Shown here: positions 1-13,993 of the stretch, piece by piece | Position numbering within the stretch: the first letter of the stretch is position 1 | How the letters are laid out: each line of letters opens with the position of its first letter | From: Eledone cirrhosa | Lineage: Eukaryota | Assembly: GCA_964016885.1 (NCBI GenBank) | Contig: CAXHJY010001439.1 | Coordinates: 275,682-339,681 of the forward strand | DNA: 64,000 nucleotides | Reading direction: 5' to 3' | Notes under the pieces: generated by a model | Told to the model about the DNA's origin: nothing | Databases searched by the model: none | Seen by the model: the letters and a program-made list of their open reading frames with translations, nothing else | Made by a program: the position numbers and the translations under genes

Positions 1-3000
1 TTGATGTTGTTGGTGTTGGTGTTGTTGGTGTTGTTGGTGGTGTTGGTGGTGTTGTTGGTGTCGTTGGTGTTGTTGGTGGTGTTGTTGGTGTTGTTGGTGT
101 TGTTGGTGTTGTTGTTGGTGGTGTTGTTGGTGTTGTTGATGTTGGTGTTGTTGGTGTTGTTGGTGGTGTTGCTGGTGTTGTTGGTGTTGTTGGTGTTGTT
201 GGTGGTGTTGTTGGTGTTGTTGGTGTTGTTGGTGTTGTTGGTGTTGTTGTTAATGTTGTTGGTGTTGGTGTTGTTGGCGTTGTTGGTTGTTTTGGTGGTG
301 TTGTTGGTGTTGTTGGTGGTGTTGTTGGTGTTGTTGGTGGTGTTGGTGTTGTTGGTGTTGTTGGTGTTGTTGTTGGTGTTGTTGGTGTTGTTGGTGTTGT
401 TGGTGTTGTTGGTGTTGTTGTTGATGTTGTTGGTGTTGGTGTTGTTGGTGTTGTTGGTGGTGTTGGTGTTGTTGGTGTTGTTGGTGTTGGTGTTGTTGGT
501 GTTGTTGGTGTTGGTGGTGTTGGTGTTATTGGTGGTGTTGGTGGTGTTGGTGTTGTTGGTGTTGTTGGTGGTGTTGGTGTTGTTGGTGTTATTGGTGTTG
601 GCGGTGTTGTTGGTGTTGTTGGTGTTGTTGGTGTTGTTGGTGTTGTTGTTGGTGTTGGTGGTGTTGTTGGTGTTGGTGTTGTTGGTGTTGGTGTTGTTGG
701 TGTTGCTGGTGTTGTTGGTGTTGGTGTTGGTGGTGTTGTTGGTGTTGTTGGTGTTGTTGGTGTTGTTGGTGTTGTTGGTGGTGTTGGTGGTGTTGTTGGT
801 GTTGGTGGTGTTGTTGGTGTTGGTGTTGGTGGTGTTGTTGGTGTTGTTGGTGTTGTTGGTGGTGTTGGTGGTGTTGTTGGTGTTGGTGGTGTTGTTGGTG
901 TTGGTGTTGTTGGTGTTGTTGGTGTTGTTGGTGTTGGTGTTGTTGGTGTTGGTGGTGTTGTTGGTGTTGGTGTTGGTGGTGTTGTTGGTGTTGTTGGTGT
1001 TGTTGGTGTTGTTGGTGTTGTTGGTGTTGTTGGTGTTGTTGGTGTTGTTGGTGTTGTTGGTGTTGGTGTTGTTGGTGTTGTTGGTGTTGTTGGTGTTGTT
1101 GGTGTTGGTGGTGTTGTTGGTGTTGTTGGTGTTGGTGGTGTTGTTGGTGGTGTTGGTGTTGTTGTTGGTGGTGTTGGTGGTGTTGGTGGTGTTGGTGTTG
1201 TTGGTGGTGGTGTTGGTGTTGTTGGTGTTGTTGGTGTTGTTGGTGTTGTTGGTGTGGTTGTTGTTGGTGTTGTTGGTGTTGTTGGTGTTGTTGGTGTTGG
1301 TGGTGTTGTTGGTGGTGTTGGTGTTGTTGGTGTTGTTGGTGGTGTTGTTGGTGTTGTTGGTGTTGTTGGTGTTATTGGTGTTATTGGTGTTGGCGGTGTT
1401 GTTGGTGTTGTTGGTGTTGTTGGTGTTGTTGGTGGTGTTGGTGGTGTTGTTGGTGTTGGTGGTGTTGTTGGTGTTGGTGTTGTTGGTGTTGTTGGTGTTG
1501 GTGGTGTTGTTGGTGTTGGTGGTGTTGTTGGTGGTGTTGGTGTTGTTGTTGGTGGTGTTGGTGGTGTTGTTGGTGTTGTTGGTGGTGTTGTTGGTGTTGT
1601 TGGTGTTGGTGGTGTTATTGATGTTGGTGTTGTTGGTGTTGTTGGTGTTGTTGGTGGTGTTGTTGGTGTTGGTGGTGTTGTTGGTGCTGTTGTTGGTGTT
1701 GGTGGTGTTGTTGGTGTTGGTGTTGTTGGTGGTGTTGGTGTTGTTGTTGGTGGTGTTGGTGGTGTTGTTGGTGTTGTTGGTGTTGTTGGTGTTGTTGGTG
1801 TTGGTGGTGTTGGTGTTGTTGGTGGTGTTGTTGGTGTTGGTGGTGTTGTTGGTGCTGTTGTTGGTGTTGGTGTTGTTGGTGGTGTTGGTGTTGTTGTTGT
1901 TGGTGTTGGTGGTGTTGTTGGTGTTGTTGGTGTTGTTGGTGTTGTTGGTGTTGGTGGTGTTGGTGTTGTTGGTGGTGTTGGTGGTGTTGTTGGTGTTGTT
2001 GGTGTTGTTGGTGTTGGTGTTGTTGGTGGTGTTGTTGGTGTTGTTGGTGTTGGTGGTGTTATTGGTGTTGGTGTTGTTGGTGTTGTTGGTGTTGTTGGTG
2101 TTGGTGGTGTTGGTGTTGTTGGTGGTGTTGGTGTTGTTGTTGGTGGTGTTGGTGGTATTGTTGGTGTTGTTTGTGTTGGTGGTGTTGGTGTTGTTGGTGG
2201 TGTTGTTGGTGTTGGTGGTGTTGTTGGTGTTGTTGGTGTTGTTGGTGTTGGTGGTGTTGGTGTTGTTGGTGGTGTTGTTGGTGTTTGTGGTGTTGGTGTT
2301 GTTGGTGGTGTTGTTGGTGGTGTTGTTGGTGTTGTTGGTGTTGTTGGTGTTGGTGGTGTTGGTGTTGTTGGTGTTGTTGGTGGTGTTGGTGTTGTTGTCG
2401 GTGGTGTTGGTGGTGTTGTTGGTGTTGGTGGTGTTGTTGGTGTTGGTGTTGTTGGTGGTGTTGGTGTTGTTGTCGGTGGTGTTGGTGGTGTTGTTGGTGT
2501 TGGTGGTGTTGTTGGTGTTGGTGGTGTTGTTGTTGGTGGTGTTGTTGTTGGTGGTGTTGTTGGTGTTGTTGGTGTTGGTGTTGTTGTTGGTGGTGTTGTT
2601 GTTGCTGTTGGTGTTGTTGGTGTTGGTGGTGTTGTTGCTGTTGTTGGTGTTGGCGTTGTTGTTGGTGTTGGTGTTGTTGGTGTTGTTGGTGGTGTTGGTG
2701 GTGTTGGTGGTGTTGTTGGTGTTGTTGGTGTTGGTGGTGTTGGTGTTGTTGGTGGTGGTGTTGGTGGTGTTGTTGGTGTTGTTGGTGGTGTTGTTGTTGG
2801 TGTTGTTGGTGTTGTTGGTGTTGTTGGTGTTGTTGGTGGTGTTGGTGGTGGTGTTGTTGGTTTTGTTGGTGGTGTTATTGGTGTTGGTGTTGTTGGTGTT
2901 GTTGGTGTTGGTGTTGTTGTTGTTGGTGGTGTTGTTGGTGTTGTTGTTGATGTTGTTGGTGTTGGTGTTTTTGGTGTTGTTGGTGGTGTTGGTGGTGTTG

Positions 3001-6000
3001 TTGGTGTCGTTGGTGTTGTTGGTGGTGTTGTTGGTGTTGTTGGTGTTGTTGGTGTTGTTGGTGATGTTGTTGGTGTTGTTGGTGTTGGTGTTGTTGGTGT
3101 TGTTGGTGGTGTTGCTGGTGTTGTTGGTGTTGTTGGTGTTGTTGGTGGTGTTGTTGGTGTTGTTGGTGTTGTTGGTGTTGTTGGTGTTGTTGTTGATGTT
3201 GTTGGTGTTGTTGGTGTTGTTGGTGTTGTTGTTAATGTTGTTGGTGTTGGTGTTGTTGGCGTTGTTGGTTGTTTTGGTGGTGTTGTTGGTGTTGTTGGTG
3301 GTGTTGTTGGTGTTGTTGGTGGTGTTGGTGTTGTTGGTGTTGTTGTTGTTGTTGTTGGTGTTGTTGGTGTTGTTGGTGTTGGTGTTGTTGGTGTTGTTGG
3401 TGGTGTTGGTGTTGTTGGTGTTGTTGGTGTTGGTGTTGTTGGTGTTGTTGGTGTTGGTGGTGTTGGTGTTATTGGTGGTGTTGGTGGTGTTGGTGTTGTT
3501 GGTGTTGTTGGTGGTGTTGGTGTTGTTGGTGTTGTTGGTGTTGTTGGTGTTGTTGTTGTTGTTGGTGGTGTTGTTGGTGTTGGTGGTGTTGTTGGTGTTG
3601 TTGGTGTTGTTGGTGTTGGTGGTGTTGTTGGTGTTGTTGGTGTTGTTGGTGTTGGTGGTGTTGGTGTTGTTGGTGTTGTTGGTGTTGTTGGTGTTGGTGT
3701 TGTTGGTGTTGTTGTTGTTGGTGTTGTTGGTGTTGTTGGTGTTGTTGGTGTTGTTGGTGTTGTTGGTGTTGGTGTTGTTGGTGGTGGTGTTGTTGGTGTT
3801 GTTGGTGTTGTTGGTGTTGTTGGTGTTGTTGTTGTTGGTGTTGTTGGTGTTGTTGGTGTTGTTGGTGTTGTTGGTGTTGGTGTTGTTGGTGTTGTTGGTG
3901 TTGTTGGTGTTGGTGTTGTTGGTGGTGTTGTTGGTGTTGTTGGTGTTGGTGTTGGTGGTGTTGTTGGTGTTGTTGGTGTTGTTGGTGTTGGTGTCGTTGG
4001 TGGTGTTGGTGTTGTTGGTGTTGTTGGTGTTGTTGGTGTTGTTGGTGTTGTTGGTGTTGGTGGTGTTGGTGGTGTTGTTGGTGTTGTTGGTGTTGTTGGT
4101 GTTGTTGGTGTTGTTGGTGTTGGTGTTGTTGGTGTTGTTGGTGTTGGTGTTGTTGTTGTTGGTGTTGTTGGTGTTGTTGGTGTTGGTGTTGTTGGTGGTG
4201 TTGTTGGTGTTTTTGGTGTTGGTGGTGTTATTGGTGTTGGTGTTGTTGGTGTTGTTGGTGTTGGTGTTGTTGGTGTTGTTGTTGTTGGTGTTGTTGGGGT
4301 TGTTGGTGTTGGTGTTGTTGGTGGTGTTGTTGGTGTTGTTGGTGTTGGTGTCGTTGGTGTTGGCGTTGTTGGTTGTTTTGGTTGTGTTGTTGGTGTTGTT
4401 GGTGGTGTTGTTGGTGTTGTTGGTGGTGTTGGTGTTGTTGGTGTTGTTGGTGTTGTTGTTGGTGTTGTTGGTGTTGTTGGTGTTGTTGGTGTTGTTGGTG
4501 TTGTTGTTGATGTTGTTGGTGTTGTTGGTGTTGGTGGTGTCGTTGGTGTTGGCGTTGTTGGTTGTTTTGGTGGTGTTGTTGGTGTTGTTGGTGGTGTTGT
4601 TGGTGTTGTTGGTGTTGTTGGTGTTGTTGGTGGTGTTGGTGTTGTTGGTGTTGTTGGTGTTGTTGGTGGTGTTGTTGGTGTTGTTGGTGTTGGTGGTGTT
4701 GTTGGTGTTGTTGTTGATGTTGTTGGTGTTGTTGGTGTTGGTGTTGTTGGTGTTGTTGGTGTTGTTGGTGGTGTTGTTGGTGTTGTTGGTGTTGGTGGTG
4801 TTGTTGGTGTTGTTGGTGTTGTTGGTGTTGTTGGTGTTGGTGGTGTCGTTGGTGTTGGCGTTGTTGGTTGTTTTGGTGGTGTTCTTGGTGTTGTTGGTGG
4901 TGTTGTTGGTGTTGTTGGTGGTGTTGGTGTTGTTGGTGTTGTTGGTGTTGTTGTTGGTGTTGTTGGTGTTGTTGGTGTTGTTGGTGTTGTTGGTGTTGTT
5001 GTTGATGTTGTTGGTGTTGTTGGTGTTGGTGGTGTCGTTGGTGTTGGCGTTGTTGGTTGTTTTGGTGGTGTTGTTGGTGTTGTTGGTGGTGTTGTTGGTG
5101 TTGTTGGTGGTGTTGGTGTTGTTGGTGTTGTTGTTGGTGTTGTTGGTGTTGTTGGTGTTGTTGGTGTTGTTGGTGTTGTTGTTGATGTTGTTGGTGTTGT
5201 TGGTGTTGGTGGTGTCGTTGGTGTTGGCGTTGTTGGTTGTTTTGGTGGTGTTGTTGGTGTTGTTGGTGGTGTTGTTGGTGTTGTTGGTGTTGTTGGTGGT
5301 GTTGGTGTTGTTGGTGTTGTTGGTTTTGGTGTTGTTGGTGTTGTTGGTGGTGTTCGTGTTGTTGGTGTTGGTGTTGTTGGTGTTGTTGGTGTTGGTGGTG
5401 TTGGTTTTATTGGTGGTGCTGGTGTTGTTGGTGTTGTTGGTGTTGTTGGTGGTGTTGGTGTTGTTGGTGTTGTTGGTGTTGTTGGTGTTGTTGTTGTTGT
5501 TGGTGGTGTTGTTGGTGTTGGTGGTGTTGTTGGTGTTGTTGGTGTTGTTGGTGTTTGTGGTGTTGTTGGTGTTGTTGGTGTTGTTGGTGTTGGTGGTGTT
5601 GGTGTTGTTGGTGTTGTTGGTGTTGTTGGTGTTGGTGTTGTTGGTGTTGTTGTTTTTGGTGTTGTTGTTGTTGGTGTTGTTGGTGTTGTTGTTGATGTTA
5701 TTGGTGTTGGTGTTGTTGGTGTTGTTGGTGTTGTTGGTGTTGGTGGTCTTGGTGGTGTTCTTGTTGGTGTTGTTGGTGTTGTTGTTGATGTTATTGGTGT
5801 TGGTGTTGTTGGTGTTGTTGGTGTTGTTGGTGTTGGTGGTGTTGGTGGTGTTGTTGGTGTTGTTGGTGTTGGTGGTGTTGGTAGTGTTGGTGTTGTTGGT
5901 GGTGTTGGTGTTATTGTTGATGGTGTTGGTGATGTTGTTGGTGTTGTTGGTGTTGGTGGTGTTGTTGGTGTTGGTGGTGTTGGTGTTGTTGGTGTTGTTG

Positions 6001-9000
6001 GTGTTGTTGGTGTTGTTGGTGTTGTTGGTGTTGTTGGTGTTGGTGTTGTTGGTGTTGTTGGTGTTGTTGGTGTTGGTGTTGTTGGTGGTGTTGTTGGTGT
6101 TGTTGGTGTTGTTGTTGTTGGTGTTGTTGGTGTTGTTGGTGTTGTTGGTGTTGTTGTTGATGTTATTGGTGTTGGTGTTGTTGGTGTTGTTGGTGTTGTT
6201 GGTGTTGTTGGTGTTGGTGTTGTTGGTTGTGTTGGTGTTGTTGGTGTTGTTGGTGTTGGTGATTTTGTTGGTGTTGTTGGTGTTGGCGGTGTTGTTGGTG
6301 TTGGTGGTGTTGGTGTTGTTGGTGTTGTTGGTGTTGTTGTTGTTGTTGGTGTTGTTGGTGTTGGTGGTGTTGGTAGTGTTGGTGTTGTTGGTGGTGTTGG
6401 TGTTATTGTTGATGGTGTTGGTGATGTTGTTGGTGTTGTTGGTGTTGGTGGTGTTGTTGGTGTTGGTGGTGTTGGTGTTGTTGGTGTTGTTGGTGTTGTT
6501 GGTGTTGTTGGTGTTGTTGGTGTTGGTGTTGTTGGTGTTGTTGGTGTTGTTGTTGTTGGTGTTGTTGGTGGTGTTGTTGGTGTTGTTGGTGTTGTTGTTG
6601 TTGGTGTTGTTGGTGTTGTTGTTGGTGTTGTTGGTGTTGGTGGTGTTGTTGGTGTTGTTGGTGTTGTTGGTGTTGTTGGTGTTGGTGGTGTCGTTGGTGT
6701 TGTTGTTGATGTTGTTGGTGTTGTTGGTGTTGGTGGTGTCGTTGGTGTTGGCGTTGTTGGTTGTTTTGGTGGTGTTGTTGGTGTTGTTGGTGGTGTTGTT
6801 GGTGTTGTTGGTGTTGTTGGTGTTGTTGGTGGTGTTGGTGTTGTTGGTGTTGTTGGTGTTGTTGGTGGTGTTGTTGGTGTTGTTGGTGTTGGTGGTGTTG
6901 TTGGTGTTGTTGTTGATGTTGTTGGTGTTGTTGGTGTTGGTGTTGTTGGTGTTGTTGGTGTTGTTGGTGGTGTTGTTGGTGTTGTTGGTGTTGGTGGTGT
7001 TGTTGGTGTTGTTGGTGTTGTTGGTGTTGTTGGTGTTGGTGGTGTCGTTGGTGTTGGCGTTGTTGGTTGTTTTGGTGGTGTTGTTGGTGTTGTTGGTGGT
7101 GTTGTTGGTGTTGTTGGTGGTGTTGGTGTTGTTGGTGTTGTTGGTGTTGTTGTTGGTGTTGTTGGTGTTGTTGGTGTTGTTGGTGTTGTTGGTGTTGTTG
7201 TTGATGTTGTTGGTGTTGTTGGTGTTGGTGGTGTCGTTGGTGTTGGCGTTGTTGGTTGTTTTGGTGGTGTTGTTGGTGTTGTTGGTGGTGTTGTTGGTGT
7301 TGTTGGTGGTGTTGGTGTTGTTGGTGTTGTTGTTGTTGTTGTTGGTGTTGTTGGTGTTGTTGGTGTTGTTGGTGTTGTTGTTGATGTTGTTGGTGTTGTT
7401 GGTGTTGGTGGTGACGTTGGTGTTGGCGTTGTTGGTTGTTTTGGTGGTGTTGTTGGTGTTGTTGGTGGTGTTGTTTGTGTTGTTGGTGTTGTTGGTGGTG
7501 TTGGTGTTGTTGGTGTTGTTGGTGTTGTTGGTGTTGGTGTTGTTGGTGTTGTTGGTGGTGTTGGTGGTGTTGGTGTTGTTGGTGTTGTTGGTGTTGGTGT
7601 TGTTGGTGTTGTTGGTGGTGTTGGTGTTGTTGGTGTTGGTGTTGTTGGTGTTGTTGGTGTTGGTGGTGTTGGTGTTATTGGTGGTGCTGGTGTTGTTGGT
7701 GTTGTTGGTGTTGTTGGTGGTGTTGGTGTTGTTGGTGTTGTTGGTGTTGTTGGTGTTGTTGTTGTTGTTGGTGGTGTTGTTGGTGTTGGTGGTGTTGTTG
7801 GTGTTGTTGGTGTTGTTGGTGTTTGTGGTGTTGTTGGTGTTGTTGGTGTTGTTGGTGTTGGTGGTGTTGGTGTTGTTGGTGTTGTTGGTGTTGTTGGTGT
7901 TGGTGTTGTTGGTGTTGTTGTTGTTGGTGTTGTTGTTGTTGGTGTTGTTGGTGTTGTTGTTGATGTTATTGGTGTTGGTGTTGTTGGTGTTGTTGGTGTT
8001 GTTGGTGTTGGTGGTCTTGGTGGTGTTGTTGTTGGTGTTGTTGGTGTTGTTGTTGATGTTATTGGTGTTGGTGTTGTTGGTGTTGTTGGTGTTGTTGGTG
8101 TTGGTGGTGTTGGTGGTGTTGTTGGTGTTGTTGGTGTTGGTGGAGTTGGTAGTGTTGGTGTTGTTGGTGGTGTTGGTGTTATTGTTGATGGTGTTGGTGA
8201 TGTTGTTGGTGTTGTTGGTGTTGGTGGTGTTGTTGGTGTTGTTGGTGTTGTTGGTGTTGTTGGTGTTGTTGGTGTTGTTGGTGTTGGTGTTGTTGGTGTT
8301 GTTGGTGTTGTTGGTGTTGGTGTTGTTGGTGGTGTTGTTGGTGTTGTTGGTGTTGTTGTTGTTGGTGTTGTTGGTGTTGTTGGTGTTGTTGGTGTTGTTG
8401 TTGATGTTATTGGTGTTGGTGTTGTTGGTGTTGTTGGTGTTGTTGGTGTTGTTGGTGTTGGTGTTGTTGGTGGTGTTGGTGTTGTTGGTGTTGTTGGTGT
8501 TGGTGATTTTGTTGGTGTTGTTGGTGTTGGCGGTGTTGTTGGTGTTGGTGGTGTTGGTGTTGTTGGTGTTGTTGGTGTTGTTGGTGTTGTTGGTGTTGTT
8601 GGTGTTGGTGGTGTTGGTAGTGTTGGTGTTGTTGGTGGTGTTGGTGTTATTGTTGATGGTGTTGGTGATGTTGTTGGTGTTGTTGGTGTTGGTGGTGTTG
8701 TTGGTGTTGGTGGTGTTGGTGTTGTTGGTGTTGTTGGTGTTGTTGGTGTTGTTGGTGTTGTTGGTGTTGGTGTTGTTGGTGTTGTTGGTGTTGTTGTTGT
8801 TGGTGTTGTTGGTGGTGTTGTTGGTGTTGTTGGTGTTGTTGTTGTTGGTGTTGTTGGTGTTGTTGGTGTTGTTGGTGTTGTTGTTGATGTTATTGGTGTT
8901 GGTGTTGTTGGTGTTGTTGGTGTTGTTGGTGGTGTTGGTGTTATTGTTGATGGTGTTGGTGATGTTGTTGGTGTTGTTGGTGTTGGTGATTTTGTTGGTG

Positions 9001-12000
9001 TTGTTGGTGTTGGCGGTGTTGTTGGTGTTGGTGGTCTTGGTGTTGTTGGTGTTGTTGGTGTTGTTGGTGTTGTTGGTGTTGTTGGTGTTGTTGGTGTTGG
9101 TGTTGTTGGTGTTGTTGGTGTTGTTGGTGTTGGTGTTGTTGGTGGTGTTGTTGGTGTTGTTGGTGTTGGTGTTGGTGGTGGTGTTGGTGTTGTTGGTGTT
9201 GTTGGTGTTGTTGGTGTTGTTGGTGTTGGTGGTGTTGTTGGTGTTGTTGGTGTTGTTGTTGTTGGTGTTGTTGGTGGTGTTGGTGTTGTTGGTGTTGTTG
9301 GTGTTGTTGGTGTTGGTGTTGTTGGTGTTGTTGGTGTTGTTGGTGTTGTTGGTGTTGGTGTTGTTGGTGTTGTTGGTGTTGTTGGTGTTGTTGGTGTTGG
9401 TGTTGTTGTTGTTGGTGTTGTTGGTGTTGTTGGTGTTGGTGTTGTTGGTGGTGTTGTTGGTGTTGTTGGTGTTGTTGTTGGTGGTGTTGTTGGTGTTGCT
9501 GGTGTTGGTGTTGTTGGTGGTGTTGTTGATGTTGTTGGTGTTGGTGGTGTTATTGGTGTTGGTGTTGTTGGTGTTGGTGGTGTTGGTGTTGTTGGTGTTG
9601 TTAGTGTTGTTGTTGTTGGTGTTGTTGTTGTTGGTGTTGTTGGGGTTGTTGGTGTTGGTGTTGTTGGTGGTGTTGTTGGTGTTGTTGGTGTTGGTGGTGT
9701 TATTGGTGTTGGTGTTGTTGGTGTTATTGGTGTTGGTGTTGTTGGTGTTGTTGGTGTTGGTGTTGTTGGTGTTGTTGTTGTTGGTGTTGTTGGGGTTGTT
9801 GGTGTTGGTGTTGTTGGTGGTGTTGTTGGTGTTGTTGGTGTTGGTGGTGTTATTGGTGTTGGTGTTGTTGGTGTTGTTGGTGTTGTTGGTGGTGTTGTTG
9901 GTGTTGTTGTTGTTGGTGGTGTTATTGGTGTTGGTGTTGTTGGTGTTGTTGGTGTTGTTGGTGTTGGTGGTGTCGTTGGTGTTGTTGGTGGTGTTGTTGG
10001 TGGTGGTGTTGTTGGTGTTGTTGGTGTTGGTGGTGGTGTTGTTGGTGTTGTTGTTGTTGGTGGTGTTATTGGTGTTGGTGTTGTTGGTGTTGTTGGTGTT
10101 GTTGGTGTTGGTGGTGTCGTTGGTGTTGTTGGTGGTGTTGTTGGTGTTGGTGTTGTTGGTGGTGTAGGTGTTGTTGGTGGTGTTGTTGGTGTTGTTGGTG
10201 TTGGTGGTGTTATTGGTGTTGGTGTTGTTGGTGGTGTTGTTGGTGTTGGTGGTGTTGTTGGTGGTGTTGTTGTTGTTGGTGTTGGTGTTGTTGGTGTTGT
10301 TGGTGTTGGTGATGTTGGTGGTGTTGTTGGTGTTGGCGGTGTTGTTGGTGTTGGTGGTGTTGGTGTTGTTGGTGTTGTTGTTGGTGTTGGTGGTGTTGTT
10401 GGTGTTGTTGGTGTTGTTGGTTTTGGTGGTGTTGGTGTTGTTGGTGGTGTTGGTGGTGTTGTTGGTGTTGGCGGTGTTGGTGTTGTTGGTGTTGTTGGTG
10501 TTGTTGGTGTTGGTGGTGTTGTTGGTGTTGTTGGTGTTGGTGTTGTTGTTGGTGTTGGTGGTGTTGTTGGTGTTGTTGGTGTTGACGGTGTTGTTGGTGT
10601 TGTTGGTGTTGGTGGTGTTATTGGTGTTGGTGTTGTTGGTGTTGTCGGTGGTGTTGGTGTTGGTGGTGTTGTTGGTGTTGTTGGTGTTGGTGGTGTTGTT
10701 GGTGTTGTTGGTGTTGGTGGTGTTATTGGTGTTGGTGTTGTTGGTGTTGTTGGTGTTGTTGGTGCTGGTGGTGTTGCTGGTGTTGTTGGTGTTGTTGGTG
10801 TTGTTGGTGTTGTTGGTGTTGTTGGTGTTGTTGGTGTTGGTGTTGTTGGTGTTGTTGGTGTTGTTGTTGTTGGTGTTGTTGGTGGTGTTGTTGGTGTTGT
10901 TGGTGTTGTTGTTGTTGGTGTTGTTGGTGTTGTTGGTGTTGTTGGTGTTGTTGTTGATGTTATTGGTGTTGGTGTTGTTGGTGTTGTTGGTGTTGTTGGT
11001 GGTGTTGGTGTTATTGTTGATGGTGTTGGTGATGTTGTTGGTGTTGTTGGTGTTGGTGGTGTTGTTGGTGTTGTTGGTGTTGTTGGTGTTGTTGGTGTTG
11101 TTGGTGTTGTTGGTGTTGGTGTTGTTGGTGTTGTTGGTGTTGTTGGTGTTGGTGTTGTTGGTGGTGTTGTTGGTGTTGTTGGTGTTGTTGTTGTTGGTGT
11201 TGTTGGTGTTGTTGGTGTTGTTGGTGTTGTTGTTGATGTTATTGGTGTTGGTGTTGTTGGTGTTGTTGGTGTTGTTGGTGTTGTTGGTGTTGGTGTTGTT
11301 GGTGGTGTTGGTGTTGTTGGTGTTGTTGGTGTTGGTGATTTTGTTGGTGTTGTTGGTGTTGGCGGTGTTGTTGGTGTTGGTGGTGTTGGTGTTGTTGGTG
11401 TTGTTGGTGTTGTTGGTGTTGTTGGTGTTGGTGTTGTTGGTGTTGTTGGTGTTGTTGGTGTTGTTGGTGTTGGTGTTGTTGTTGTTGGTGTTGTTGGTGT
11501 TGTTGGTGTTGGTGTTGTTGGTGGTGTTGTTGGTGTTGTTGGTGTTGTTGTTGGTGGTGTTGTTGGTGTTGCTGGTGTTGGTGTTGTTGGTGGTGTTGTT
11601 GATGTTGTTGGTGTTGGTGGTGTTATTGGTGTTGGTGTTGTTGGTGTTGGTGGTGTTGGTGTTGTTGGTGTTGTTGGTGTTGTTGTTGTTGGTGTTGTTG
11701 TTGTTGGTGTTGTTGGGGTTGTTGGTGTTGGTGTTGTTGGTGGTGTTGTTGGTGTTGTTGGTGTTGGTGGTGTTATTGGTGTTGGTGTTGTTGGTGTTAT
11801 TGGTGTTGGTGTTGTTGGTGTTGTTGGTGTTGGTGTTGTTGGTGTTGTTGTTGTTGGTGTTGTTGGGGTTGTTGGTGTTGGTGTTGTTGGTGGTGTTGTT
11901 GGTGTTGTTGGTGTTGGTGGTGTTATTGGTGTTGGTGTTGTTGGTGTTGTTGGTGTTGTTGGTGGTGTTGTTGGTGTTGTTGTTGTTGGTGGTGTTATTG

Positions 12001-13587
12001 GTGTTGGTGTTGTTGGTGTTGTTGGTGTTGTTGGTGTTGGTGGTGTCGTTGGTGTTGTTGGTGGTGTTGTTGGTGTTGGTGTTGTTGGTGTTGTTGGTGT
12101 TGGTGGTGGTGTTGTTGGTGTTGTTGTTGTTGGTGGTGTTATTGGTGTTGGTGTTGTTGGTGTTGTTGGTGTTGTTGGTGTTGGTGGTGTCGTTGGTGTT
12201 GTTGGTGGTGTTGTTGGCGTTGGTGTTGTTGGTGGTGTTGGTGTTGTTGGTGGTGTTGTTGGTGTTGTTGGTGTTGGTGGTGTTATTGGTGTTGGTGTTG
12301 TTGGTGGTGTTGTTGGTGTTGGTGGTGTTGTTGGTGGTGTTGTTGTTGTTGGTGTTGGTGTTGTTGGTGTTGTTGGTGTTGGTGATGTTGGTGGTGTTGT
12401 TGGTGTTGGCGGTGTTGTTGGTGTTGGTGGTGTTGGTGTTGTTGGTGTTGTTGTTGGTGTTGGTGGTGTTGTTGGTGTTGTTGGTGTTGTTGGTTTTGGT
12501 GGTGTTGGTGTTGTTGGTGGTGTTGGTGGTGTTGTTGGTGTTGGCGGTGTTGGTGTTGTTGGTGTTGTTGGTGTTGTTGGTGTTGGTGGTGTTGTTGGTG
12601 TTGTTGGTGTTGGTGTTGTTGTTGGTGTTGGTGGTGTTGTTGGTGTTGTTGGTGTTGACGGTGTTGTTGGTGTTGTTGGTGTTGGTGGTGTTATTGGTGT
12701 TGGTGTTGTTGGTGTTGTCGGTGGTGTTGGTGTTGGTGGTGTTGTTGGTGTTGTTGGTGTTGGTGGTGTTGTTGGTGTTGTTGGTGTTGGTGGTGTTATT
12801 GGTGTTGGTGTTGTTGGTGTTGTTGGTGTTGTTGGTGTTGGTGGTGTTGCTGGTGTTGTTGGTGTTGGTGGTGTTGTTGGTGTTGGTGGTGTTGTTGGTG
12901 TTGTTGGTGTTGGTGGTGTTGTTGTTGTTGTTGGTGTTGGTGGTGTTATTGGTGTTGGTGTTGTTGGTGTTGTTGGTGTTGTTGGTGTTGGTGGTGTTGT
13001 TGGTGTTGGTGTTGTTGGTGGTGTTGTTGGTGTTGGTGTTGTTGGTGTTGTTGGTGTTGGTGGTGTTGGTGTTGTTGGTGGTGTTGTTGGTGTTGTTGGT
13101 GTTGGTGATGTTATTGGTGTTGGTGTTGTTGGTGTTGTTGGTGTTGTTGGTGTTGGTGGTGTTGTTGGTGTTGGTGTTGTTGGTGGTGTTGGTGTTATTG
13201 TTGGTGGTGTTGGTGGTGTTGTTGGTGTAGGTGATGTTGTTGGTGTTGTTGGTGTTGGCGGTGTTGCTGGTGTTGGTGTTGTTTTTGGTGTTGTTGGTGT
13301 TGGTGGTGTTGTTGGTGTTGTTGGTGTTGTTGGTGGTGTTGGTGTTGTTGGTGGTGTTGTTGGTGTTGTTGGTGTTGGTGGTGTTATTGGTGTTGGTGTT
13401 GTTGTTGTTGTTGGTGTTGTTGGTGTTGGTGGTGTTGGTGTTGTTGGTGGTGTTGTTGTTGTTGTTGGTGTTGTTGGTGTTGGTGGTGTTGGTGTTGTTG
13501 GTGGTGTTGGTGTTGTTGTTGGTGGTGTTGTTGATGTTGTTGGTGTTGGTGTTGTTGGTGTTATTGGTGTTCTTGTTGGCGTTGTTA
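1..13587. repeat. Compound (GTT)/(GGT) trinucleotide tandem array with kb-scale internal duplications; runs off the left edge
   Basis: Almost only GTT and GGT triplets; rare variant triplets recur at fixed offsets of 2199 bp and 2073 bp. Confidence 0.97.
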
Positions 13588-13619
13588 TTTATGCTTACCT
13601 AATGATAGCTAGTCACATG

Positions 13620-13678
<59 letters not shown>

Positions 13679-13710
13679 ATATATATATATTTATATGTGT
13701 ATATTTATAT

Positions 13711-13810
13711 ACCTGGAGTTGCGACGGATAGATAGTATTAGCAATTGGAAAGACCAACGGAAACATTGTTCCCTCGGTCCGATTTGACGAAAGTCGATCG
13801 TTCCTTTTTT
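13711..13810 (+). mobile_element. 3' half of SINE family A (5'-truncated)
   Basis: ACCTGGAGTTGCGAC...GAAAGTCGATCGTTCC is nearly identical to about 50254-50348. Confidence 0.85.
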
Positions 13811-13899
13811 ATTTATATGTGTATATATATATATATTTATATGTATATATATATTTATATGTATATTTATATATATATATATATTTATAAGTATATGCG

Positions 13900-13993
<94 letters not shown>

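Noticed and set aside
1-13787. 3388-aa, 4177-aa and 1020-aa Leu/Val/Gly ORFs and Cys/Trp ORFs
   Set aside because: Translations of a stop-poor triplet array with non-ATG starts and no domains.
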